This document shows positions 33,571-39,903 of a DNA stretch of 39,903 nucleotides, in pieces; the first letter of the stretch is position 1; each line of letters opens with the position of its first letter. Below the pieces are notes generated by a model, which saw only the letters and a program-made list of their open reading frames with translations, did no database searches and had not been told where the DNA came from. The stretch is from a virus (Duplodnaviria; Caudoviricetes): positions 1-39,903 of IMG/VR virus record IMGVR_UViG_3300048861_000044. One strand, given 5' to 3'. A program made the position numbers and the translations under genes.

Positions 33571-35448
33571 ATGCGCAAGCTCTATCTATTTTCGATTCTG
33601 TTGGCGATGTCTACAGCCTGCTTCGCGCAGGGTGGATACATCCACGGCAACGGCGATCCCTCTAAGGCGAATCCAGTACCAAACTGCGGTGGCAGTCGCT
33701 TCTACATCGACGACTCGACGGGCCTTCTCTATGTTGCAGCGCAGGGATCGCCTTGCGTGTGGGCGCTAGCAGGCACCAGCAGTGGAACTTCAAGCGGCAC
33801 AAACCCGGCGATCCCTACCGGCGCGCTCGCTGACTATCGCTTCCTGGACGGGACTGGAACTACTGCTAAGGACTCCACCAGCAACGGCAACGATGCGACC
33901 CTCTGCTCTGTAAACTGCACAGCTCCTACTTGGGTCCCCAACGGCCTGAAGTTCGGCGATGAGTCCGCAGTAAACAAGACGGCCGGCGTGTCGCTTCCGG
34001 CCGCCCTCAATGCTTCTCAGACTTACCTCTTCGTTGCCTACCAGAACCCAATCCAGACAGCACTTTTCCCAGTCAACTATTCGACGCTGCTCACGAATTC
34101 AACCGCTGGCGCGCAGTTCAATATTCTCACTTCCTATGTGAACGCTGATGGTGCTTTCGAGGGTGGGTATGGAGTTTCAACCTTCGTCAATGCCACCACG
34201 AACAACTACGGAACCAATGGCTATTCTGGACTCCATGCAATCGCAATGGTCTGCGGCTCCGGATCAGGCACCGTAGATCACCTCTACATCGACGGCATCG
34301 AGGTCAATTACGGCAAAGTCCAAGGCACCTCTTGCGGCGCCCAGACTTCCGGCAATTTGTACATTGGTAATTCCGGCACTGCTCCTTGGCTGACGCAGGG
34401 CGAGTTGAACGGAACGATGTATCGCGCCATATTCTGGCCAACTAAGCTCACCTCGGCTCAAGTCAAGACTGCTTCTTTCGCTGCTCTCCAAGAGGCTAAT
34501 TCACGTGGCATTCAGCAGGGGCCTCAGATCCCTTGGAATATCGGAACCTTCTTGATTCACTTTATTGGTGACTCGATCACTGCGGGTTTTGGCGTCACCA
34601 ATCCGTGGCCGACTCTGGTTGGCGCAATCAATGGTTTGGTTGCAACTGTGAAGAATTGGGGAGTCAATTCTCTATCCGCTCGTCAGATCTCACTAAGCGA
34701 ACAGGACCGCGTTGCTCCTCAGTGCCGATCAATTTCGGGAATCTCTCCGGTCGCCATTGTGTTTGCGGGGACGAACGACTTCATCGGGCCGAATCCAACT
34801 CAGACTGGCGTGAAGGTTTGGGGCGCTTTGCAGTCGGAGATCTCGACTCTCAAGGTTGCCGGTTGCAAAGTCTTCGTCGCCACCATGCTCTCGCGTTCTG
34901 GAACCGGAACCAATAGCGTTTCGAACGACGTGAACAAGAATGCTCTCGACTTACAGATCGCTGGCAACTGGAAAGAGGCTGGTGCAACCGGCCTGATCGA
35001 CTTTGCGAACAATCCTCTGTTGGGCGCAGATGGAGCGAGCGCAAACACGTCCTACTTCCAGGTCGACGCGATTCACCCAAACCAGACCGGGGCAAACCTC
35101 CTCGCTTCCATCGCTACTAGCGTCCTCAACTATTACTATTCGCCCTACAGCCTGGGCAGCCCGCACGTCTATACGGCGAGCGCGACACTCACCAGCGCCG
35201 ATGCCGGAGTGGCGACTGGAACCCTCAGCGCTACTACAGCCTTTGTGATGCCAGACTGCTCGGGCCTCACCGGAGCGCCTTTCCTGATCAGCAACACTCA
35301 GTCAGCGCAGACCGTGACTATTGCAGGTGCAGCTTCTCAGCCAATCAACGGACTGGCTTCGGCCATCACCATACCCGCGAACTCAACCGTGCGCCTGACG
35401 GCGGTGGCGAACCCCTACACCACCTCAGGATGTCATTGGGCAATGTAG
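33571..35448 (+). CDS. LamG/concanavalin-like + SGNH(GDSL) hydrolase with a Sec signal peptide; candidate polysaccharide deacetylase receptor-binding protein
   Basis: MRKLYLFSILLAMSTACFA-Q signal; YRFLDGTGTTAKDS..NGND, LYIDG, LYIG LamG motifs; FIGDSIT, GTND, DAIHPN catalytic blocks. Confidence 0.85.
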   Translation: MRKLYLFSILLAMSTACFAQGGYIHGNGDPSKANPVPNCGGSRFYIDDSTGLLYVAAQGSPCVWALAGTSSGTSSGTNPAIPTGALADYRFLDGTGTTAKDSTSNGNDATLCSVNCTAPTWVPNGLKFGDESAVNKTAGVSLPAALNASQTYLFVAYQNPIQTALFPVNYSTLLTNSTAGAQFNILTSYVNADGAFEGGYGVSTFVNATTNNYGTNGYSGLHAIAMVCGSGSGTVDHLYIDGIEVNYGKVQGTSCGAQTSGNLYIGNSGTAPWLTQGELNGTMYRAIFWPTKLTSAQVKTASFAALQEANSRGIQQGPQIPWNIGTFLIHFIGDSITAGFGVTNPWPTLVGAINGLVATVKNWGVNSLSARQISLSEQDRVAPQCRSISGISPVAIVFAGTNDFIGPNPTQTGVKVWGALQSEISTLKVAGCKVFVATMLSRSGTGTNSVSNDVNKNALDLQIAGNWKEAGATGLIDFANNPLLGADGASANTSYFQVDAIHPNQTGANLLASIATSVLNYYYSPYSLGSPHVYTASATLTSADAGVATGTLSATTAFVMPDCSGLTGAPFLISNTQSAQTVTIAGAASQPINGLASAITIPANSTVRLTAVANPYTTSGCHWAM

Positions 35449-35491
35449 CTAAAATTCATAGGGAGAGGAGGTCGCGGGAAATCTCCAGAGC

Positions 35492-35521
35492 AAGAGGGGC
35501 CGAAAGGCTCCTCTTTTATTT
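35492..35521. terminator. Terminator between the convergent late operon and methyltransferase gene
   Basis: AAGAGGGGCC-GAAA-GGCTCCTCTT followed by TTATTT. Confidence 0.8.
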
Positions 35522-35523
35522 GC

Positions 35524-36342
35524 TCAATACTGCGAGTTGTTCGCGCCGGTCCAAAAGTTAGTCTCTAGCATCGCCCTTCCGGGATAGAGCGCGAACTCGC
35601 CGTTGTAGTCTCGAAGCTTTCGAATCTTGAAGAAAATGGTAAAAGCCGCGGTTGGAAATTTGTTGGCGAGTGGCCTGGCGATCGACTTCGGGAAGGGATA
35701 GAACTGCGACCCGGCGAAGCTCTCGAGATGGTATCCGGCAGGGAAGCAGGCTTCTACAAACTTCATCGTGTCTTCTTTTGAGAACGGCCGCACGTGTGCA
35801 GAGCAGACCTTATGCTGAGTGGGATGCTTGCCGAAGAGCATCAAGAGTCGATTGTGCAGGGAGCAGATGTTTGGAACTCCGAAGATAAAGTGTCCGCCAA
35901 CCTTGAGAGATCTGGTCACCTCGTTGAAGATCCAGAACACCTCTTTGGTGTGTTCTAAGATCTGATTCGCAATGAATAGATCGATGGACCGATCCGCGAA
36001 AGGCAGAGCGTCACGTTCGATGTTAGCGACATGGATCTCGTCAGCCTTTCCTCGTAAGGATTCGGCATAGCGCTGGCCAGCCTCTACAGCAATGATCCTA
36101 GCTTTCGGATGTATGCGTCTGAGGTTTTGTATGTCGGCTCCTACCCAGCCTGCCCCCAGATCAACCGCAGTTTCAACGCTTGGAATGCTGCGGAACAACG
36201 TCGCCATTACATGGCGGCCATAGGTCTCTTCGTGGTCGATTATCTTTCCAAGAATTCCATGAGCCCCGACACTTCCATACAGCGAATTGGCTGTCGTCAT
36301 TAGCGGAGCGCTAGCTGAAATATTCGTATACTGATTAGGCAT
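35524..36342 (-). CDS. Class I SAM-dependent methyltransferase (type 11/23-like), moron
   Basis: VDLGAG motif I, LPFADRSIDLFIANQILEH...LKVGG..IFGVPN; AGGAGGG RBS before ATG 36342; no DNA-MTase (D/N)PPY motif. Confidence 0.88.
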   Translation of the reverse strand: MPNQYTNISASAPLMTTANSLYGSVGAHGILGKIIDHEETYGRHVMATLFRSIPSVETAVDLGAGWVGADIQNLRRIHPKARIIAVEAGQRYAESLRGKADEIHVANIERDALPFADRSIDLFIANQILEHTKEVFWIFNEVTRSLKVGGHFIFGVPNICSLHNRLLMLFGKHPTQHKVCSAHVRPFSKEDTMKFVEACFPAGYHLESFAGSQFYPFPKSIARPLANKFPTAAFTIFFKIRKLRDYNGEFALYPGRAMLETNFWTGANNSQY

Positions 36343-36461
36343 GGGTGTCCCTCCTAGGACTTTGTGAGATAGGAGCCTGCAAGCTCTGATCTCAACCATG
36401 CATAACTCTACACCTGTTACCGTGGAATTAATATAGCTCTCCTACAACTTTTAGGTCGCCG

Positions 36462-36486
36462 GCCGCCTCCGGGCGGCTTTCTATTT
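36462..36486 (+). terminator. Plus-strand-oriented intrinsic terminator between two minus-strand genes
   Basis: GCCGCC-TCCG-GGCGGC followed by TTTCTATTT. Confidence 0.6.
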
Positions 36487-36529
36487 CCAGAATGATTTAT
36501 GGAAGAAGCTGTGCATTTGACAGTCGAGG

Positions 36530-37642
36530 CTATGCAAGCTTGTTCATCGCTTCCCGAATCAGCTTGTCATCGACATGGGCATATCGTGTCGTCGTATTGT
36601 GCGAACTGTGGCCGCAGAGTTTTTGTACAACACTGAGATGGACTCCACGCTCCACCAGGCGAGTGGCAAAGGTATGCCTCAGATCGTGCCAGCGCAGGTT
36701 CTTTACCTTGGCCTCCGATCGAGCCTGCTCCCACCACTCACGGTTCTCTCTCATGAGCAGGACGCGTCCGTCGTCTACCATCCTAGAATCGTTCTCGTCA
36801 TCCTTCTTTATCAAGGCAACGGCATCCCGGATTCTTTTGAGATCCATGAGAGCGTCGTGGGTCTTACCGATCATCGGCATATCTAGGGCTCGTCTGTTCT
36901 TCATCATCTCGGGTGGGAGGCGGAAGTATTTTGTTTCCATGTCGATATGCTCATCCCAGCGCAACGAATACAGGTTCCTCTTCCTCAGTCCCGTATTCAT
37001 GGCGAGGGTGAGTTCGTGGGGATGACACTCGAGGTACAGCCTGGTCAGCCTATGCTGTGGCGGGCATTCATCTACCCACTTCTGCAGCACGGACCTGATG
37101 CGCTTCTCCTCTTCCTGTCGCATCCACCGCGGGTGCGGGAGCTCGACGCGAAACTGCTTCAGATCTCGTACTGGGTTGGCCGATACGTAGCCCTCCTCTT
37201 TGGCGTGGCGGTATACGCTGGAGAGTACTGACCGATAACGATTGAGGGTGGATGCCTTCTTGCCCATGTCGACCAGCCAGCGGCGGATCTCTGAGGCCTG
37301 GACGGTGGAAGCTACCCGATCGCCGAACGCCTCTCGAATGGCCCGGATCCGAATCTTGATGCCGTAGATGTCCGAAGGCGCCTCCGGATTGTCTGGGTTC
37401 TGAACATGATCCAGATAGATGTCACAGAGCTTGCCTACCGTCTCCCCGCGGGCTCGGAGGTTCACTATAGGCTGTTTGGTTATCTTGGCTAGGTTGATAG
37501 TCGCCAGAGCCGTCTCGGCGGCCTCGCGGGTTCCAATCCGCTTCCTGATGTATCCGTCTTCTGTCCTAACTCGGATGTACCAGATCCCGCTCCCGGGATA
37601 CTTCTCAAACACGCCTGCTGTATCGTTCTTCTTCCTAGCCAT
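36530..37642 (-). CDS. int: Tyrosine integrase
   Basis: N-terminal arm-binding domain; TGLR, WHDLRHTFATRL, LCGH, TTTRYAH catalytic motifs; adjacent to attP. Confidence 0.96.
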   Translation of the reverse strand: MARKKNDTAGVFEKYPGSGIWYIRVRTEDGYIRKRIGTREAAETALATINLAKITKQPIVNLRARGETVGKLCDIYLDHVQNPDNPEAPSDIYGIKIRIRAIREAFGDRVASTVQASEIRRWLVDMGKKASTLNRYRSVLSSVYRHAKEEGYVSANPVRDLKQFRVELPHPRWMRQEEEKRIRSVLQKWVDECPPQHRLTRLYLECHPHELTLAMNTGLRKRNLYSLRWDEHIDMETKYFRLPPEMMKNRRALDMPMIGKTHDALMDLKRIRDAVALIKKDDENDSRMVDDGRVLLMRENREWWEQARSEAKVKNLRWHDLRHTFATRLVERGVHLSVVQKLCGHSSHNTTTRYAHVDDKLIREAMNKLA

Positions 37643-37645
37643 TCA

Positions 37646-37665
37646 TGGGGTCCATTGGGGTCCAT
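37646..37665. repeat. Tandem direct repeat TGGGGTCCAT x2; candidate integrase arm-type sites
   Basis: Perfect 10-bp tandem 3 nt upstream of the int start; matching GTCCA pair with 10-bp period at 37911-37930 on the other side of the core. Confidence 0.7.
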
Positions 37666-37792
37666 TTGTACCCTTATCGACCACCAAAGGCAATCTGTCG
37701 CATTCTGTGGAAATGTGCAGAACAGTCAATAAATACAAGGAGATGAAGGTTCCTCCCATTTCCACTCCGTTCCCCAAAAGTTGTACTATAAC

Positions 37793-37840
37793 GCCCTTTC
37801 AAGGCTGAGAGTACGGGTTCGATCCCCGTTGGCGCTACCA
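37793..37840 (+). tRNA. 3' half of tRNA-Glu(UUC) = attP core (not a complete tRNA)
   Basis: GCC-CTTTCAA-GGCTG anticodon arm, ACGGG-TTCGATC-CCCGT T-arm, TGGCGCT-A-CCA end; no D-arm or 5' acceptor strand upstream; lies between int and xis. Confidence 0.88.
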
Positions 37841-37880
37841 CCTAAGTCGAACATATACAACTGGTTACACGGATAAACGC

Positions 37881-38117
37881 CTAGTTTGCGATCCCCTGAT
37901 TTTCGCCGATAGTGTCCAAAAGGGTCCAGCATGCAGCCTGTCCATCGTTCGCGAACCTCTCGAGTTCGCGCAGGGAAAACAGCACGCGTCCTTCGGTTCT
38001 CTTGGCCCGGATGAGTCCCTTTTTCTCCAGAGTGTACAGATAGCGCGTCGTGATCGAAAGCATCTCGGCCGCCTCCTCTCGCGTGTATAGCAACTTTTGT
38101 TTCTCAATCTTTATCAC
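37881..38117 (-). CDS. xis: Excisionase-like HTH_17 protein
   Basis: LLYTREEAAEMLSITTRYLYTLEKKGLIRAKRTEGRVLFSLRELERF; adjacent to attP. Confidence 0.85.
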   Translation of the reverse strand: MIKIEKQKLLYTREEAAEMLSITTRYLYTLEKKGLIRAKRTEGRVLFSLRELERFANDGQAACWTLLDTIGENQGIAN

Positions 38118-38374
38118 TGGCCCTCACCTCTCAACTTCTTCACTTCCGCCCGCAACTCCTGAATCAAAACCTCCTGCGCCTTTATCGTCTCTCTCGCAAC
38201 AGCTAGCTCTCGTACTGTTCCGGCAGGATCAGCATCGGTGCTGACTTCGTGCAGGAGGGAGAGAAGCTGGGCGTAGTCGTCATAGCTGACGTAATATCCA
38301 TCTTTGCGCGGACCGAAAATATAGCTGAATTCTCCGTGTCCATAGCGGGTAACATTCTCGGGATCGAAGCTCAT
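38114..38374 (-). CDS. Hypothetical protein (MSFDPENVTRY...)
   Basis: GAGGA RBS, ATGA/GTGA overlaps; DGYYVSYDDY motif plus coiled coil. Confidence 0.65.
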   Translation of the reverse strand: MSFDPENVTRYGHGEFSYIFGPRKDGYYVSYDDYAQLLSLLHEVSTDADPAGTVRELAVARETIKAQEVLIQELRAEVKKLRGEGQ

Positions 38375-38625
38375 GCTGTCCTCTTTCCATAGGCGGCTTC
38401 CCAAGAGGCCAACTTGTCTAGGTCGGACTTCCTTGGGGCCGAGCTACTGGTGCCATTGCGCTGACGCTTTATTTCGTCCAGCCATATCTTGTAAGGGTGG
38501 TATGCCCGCTGGCCGAACGGATAGGCGTCAAACAGAGCCTTGTCTACTATTGGCTTAGGCTGGCCCTCTGTTTCTCTCAGCACTTTGGAAATGATCGGCG
38601 CTGCTATCTCTCTCCATGACTTCAT
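38371..38625 (-). CDS. Conserved phage hypothetical protein
   Basis: SWREIAAPII...DAYPFGQRAYHPYKIWLDEI; ATGA overlaps. Confidence 0.7.
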   Translation of the reverse strand: MKSWREIAAPIISKVLRETEGQPKPIVDKALFDAYPFGQRAYHPYKIWLDEIKRQRNGTSSSAPRKSDLDKLASWEAAYGKRTA

Positions 38626-38795
38626 CCCTCACCCCTCAACTCTTCCCTAAGACGCTCTTCAGCCTCGGACTCAGTAATGAATATGTCTCCCTCGCGCATC
38701 TTCGTGGCGAACCCTATGACCATGTTTCCTTCTGGGTCCAGATACGGCGTCGGGCTGAATCCGCGCCTTCGCTTCTCTTCGGTGATATCGCTCAT
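38622..38795 (-). CDS. 57-aa protein resembling the N-terminal lobe of GH24 phage lysozymes, catalytically degenerate
   Basis: RGFSPTPYLDPEGNMVIGF...ITESEAEERLREEL; ATGA overlaps on both sides; below ORF-track cutoff. Confidence 0.6.
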   Translation of the reverse strand: MSDITEEKRRRGFSPTPYLDPEGNMVIGFATKMREGDIFITESEAEERLREELRGEG

Positions 38796-39034
38796 GCTGC
38801 TAGATCCTTCTGCTTAGCCTTATAGTCGGCGATGACTTTCTTGTAGAGCTTGTAATTGATCAGGTATTCCATCAGGGGCTTCTGAACCCGCATTATCTGA
38901 CAGATCCTCTCCTCTAGGCCAAGAAAAACTTCTGCTACGAGCCATAGGCCGGCTATTGCCAAGCTGATAGCGCAGGCGGACAACACAGCGGCTCCAGTCC
39001 ACATACACACCTTCTCGATAAGTTGCAGGTTCAT
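38792..39034 (-). CDS. Small membrane protein
   Basis: N-terminal TM segment; GGAAAGGA RBS. Confidence 0.65.
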   Translation of the reverse strand: MNLQLIEKVCMWTGAAVLSACAISLAIAGLWLVAEVFLGLEERICQIMRVQKPLMEYLINYKLYKKVIADYKAKQKDLAA

Positions 39035-39303
39035 GCTGCTATCCTTTCCGAATTATGCCCAAGGTGATGATCTCGATCCAAGAGCTGCAGTACTCGTACT
39101 ATGTTCTGTTCATGATCGACAACAAGAAGATCGGCCGCACGTTTCGCTTCGCCAGCGATGAATTGGTGTACGAGATGCTGCGCAGAGCCCATGCCAACCT
39201 CGAAACAATGAACATCGTGACTAATGCCCTTACCAACCGCAGGCCGGTCATGGTGGCAGTCAACCTTACCGATGAGCAGGTAGCGCAGCTGAAGTGAGGT
39301 CAT
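39031..39303 (-). CDS. Possible antisense overlapping ORF (90 aa) bridging the leftward operon
   Basis: ATGA overlaps at both ends, but in register antisense to 39055-39297. Confidence 0.3.
   Translation of the reverse strand: MTSLQLRYLLIGKVDCHHDRPAVGKGISHDVHCFEVGMGSAQHLVHQFIAGEAKRAADLLVVDHEQNIVRVLQLLDRDHHLGHNSERIAA
39055..39297 (+). CDS. Hypothetical protein inverted within the leftward operon
   Basis: Globular-looking sequence ending VNLTDEQVAQLK; extended -10 TGcTATCCT at 39037-39045, no SD. Confidence 0.7.
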   Translation: MPKVMISIQELQYSYYVLFMIDNKKIGRTFRFASDELVYEMLRRAHANLETMNIVTNALTNRRPVMVAVNLTDEQVAQLK

Positions 39304-39452
39304 TTCGGTATCCATATAGCCCACAGTCCACATCCAGAGCATTGAATTTGACGGTGAGTCTTATTCATCCTGTGCGCCCAGCTATGCCATGCCATATAGC
39401 CTTCGGGGCATTTCGTGTGAATGTGACTTGAGTTGCAATCCTGTTCGCTCAC
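39300..39452 (-). CDS. Small Cys/His zinc-binding phage protein (50 aa)
   Basis: HTKCPEGYMAWHSWAHRMNKTHRQIQCSGCGLWAIW; GGAGGG RBS; GTGA overlap. Confidence 0.7.
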   Translation of the reverse strand: MSEQDCNSSHIHTKCPEGYMAWHSWAHRMNKTHRQIQCSGCGLWAIWIPK

Positions 39453-39903
39453 TTGCCCTCCCTTAGCTTCTCTTCCAACTCATCGATCTTCGCTTGCTGC
39501 GCGTTCCAAGCGGCGGACCAAACGGATTGAGCGTTACGCTTGCCGCGCCAGTCTTTATCTTCAATCCCCGTTGAAGCCCACCACTCCTCAAAGCTCTCTT
39601 GTGCCTCGGCTTGTGGAGCGGGTTTGGGTTGCTCTTTGACGCATACAACATACTGAACACCCGCTATTTCGTCAGCCACTTGTTGAATAAAGTCCTTGTG
39701 GTCAATTACGGCTGTAACTTCATATCGGACTTCGAACTCTTCTCGGTCATCCCCCTGCGTTGTGGCGATAGATGTGGGGGTGGGTTCGGCCTTAGTACCC
39801 ATCTTCGATCCATCAGGATTTTCACATTCGGTCCACTTTCCCCAATCGCTTCCCGAGGGTAGGCGATGCTTCAAAGAAGGCCGGTGCCCTTCGTGTGACC
39901 ACA
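39449..39903 (-). CDS. Hypothetical protein, open to the window edge (probably starts at GTG 13 across the circular junction)
   Basis: No stop from 39901 down to 39452; frame joins GTG at 13-11 if the ends are ligated. Confidence 0.65.
   Translation of the reverse strand, partial: WSHEGHRPSLKHRLPSGSDWGKWTECENPDGSKMGTKAEPTPTSIATTQGDDREEFEVRYEVTAVIDHKDFIQQVADEIAGVQYVVCVKEQPKPAPQAEAQESFEEWWASTGIEDKDWRGKRNAQSVWSAAWNAQQAKIDELEEKLREGK

Larger units (their letters stand above)
1..39903. mobile_element. Temperate podovirus-type bacteriophage, probably a complete circular (excised) genome; BPP-1/epsilon15-like virion module with lambdoid control region
   Basis: Integrase, xis, intact attP, cI/cro, replication, terminase, portal, capsid, tail tube and ejection genes are present; no host housekeeping genes; ORF continuity across the 39903/1 junction. 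Confidence 0.93.

Noticed and set aside
33571-33627. Lipoprotein signal at STAC in the SGNH protein
   Set aside because: Poor lipobox; CFA-Q fits signal peptidase I better, though it needs a predictor to settle
35524-36342. DNA methyltransferase or RM system paired with the C-like protein
   Set aside because: No DPPY/NPPY or PC motif and no restriction gene; the sequence fits small-molecule or glycan MTases
30406-36530. Diversity-generating retroelement expected from BPP-1 relatedness
   Set aside because: No reverse transcriptase and no TR/VR repeat pair visible
36443-37785. 10-bp inverted repeat TACAACTTTT/AAAAGTTGTA flanking int as an invertible or mobile unit
   Set aside because: Short and AT-rich, with no target duplication; may be chance
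37770-37840. Complete phage-encoded tRNA-Glu
   Set aside because: The 5' acceptor strand and D-arm are absent; only the attP-type 3' half is present

Overview
The whole window is a temperate podovirus-type phage, apparently a complete circular genome of about 39.9 kb. An ORF reads in frame across the 39903/1 junction, and attP (the 3' half of a tRNA-Glu(UUC)) lies intact between int and xis. Layout: a leftward early operon (ERF recombinase, YqaJ exonuclease, small genes, xis, int), a lambdoid cI/cro switch with ATTG-N9-CAAT operators, and a rightward replication/RusA/HNH region. A terminator-gated membrane-protein cluster follows, then a BPP-1/epsilon15-like morphogenesis module (terminase, portal, capsid, cement proteins, tail tube, ejection proteins) and a methyltransferase moron. 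The host may be an acidobacterium (weak inference). Main oddities: (1) Both proteins in the receptor-binding slot, a beta-helix tailspike-like protein and a LamG+SGNH esterase, carry Sec-type signal peptides and 10 pair-spaced Cys each. The tail-anchored fibre gene is a short adaptor with no catalytic domain, suggesting periplasm-folded tailspikes that join the virion outside the cytoplasm. (2) No intact endolysin is recognisable, only a 57-aa degenerate GH24-like fragment plus a holin-like/lipoprotein fusion with an embedded gene. (3) Four Mu-like late promoters (GACCCATAAC-N15/16-TAnnnT) are present, two of them driving leaderless GTG genes. All family calls are from motif recognition by eye, with no database searches.
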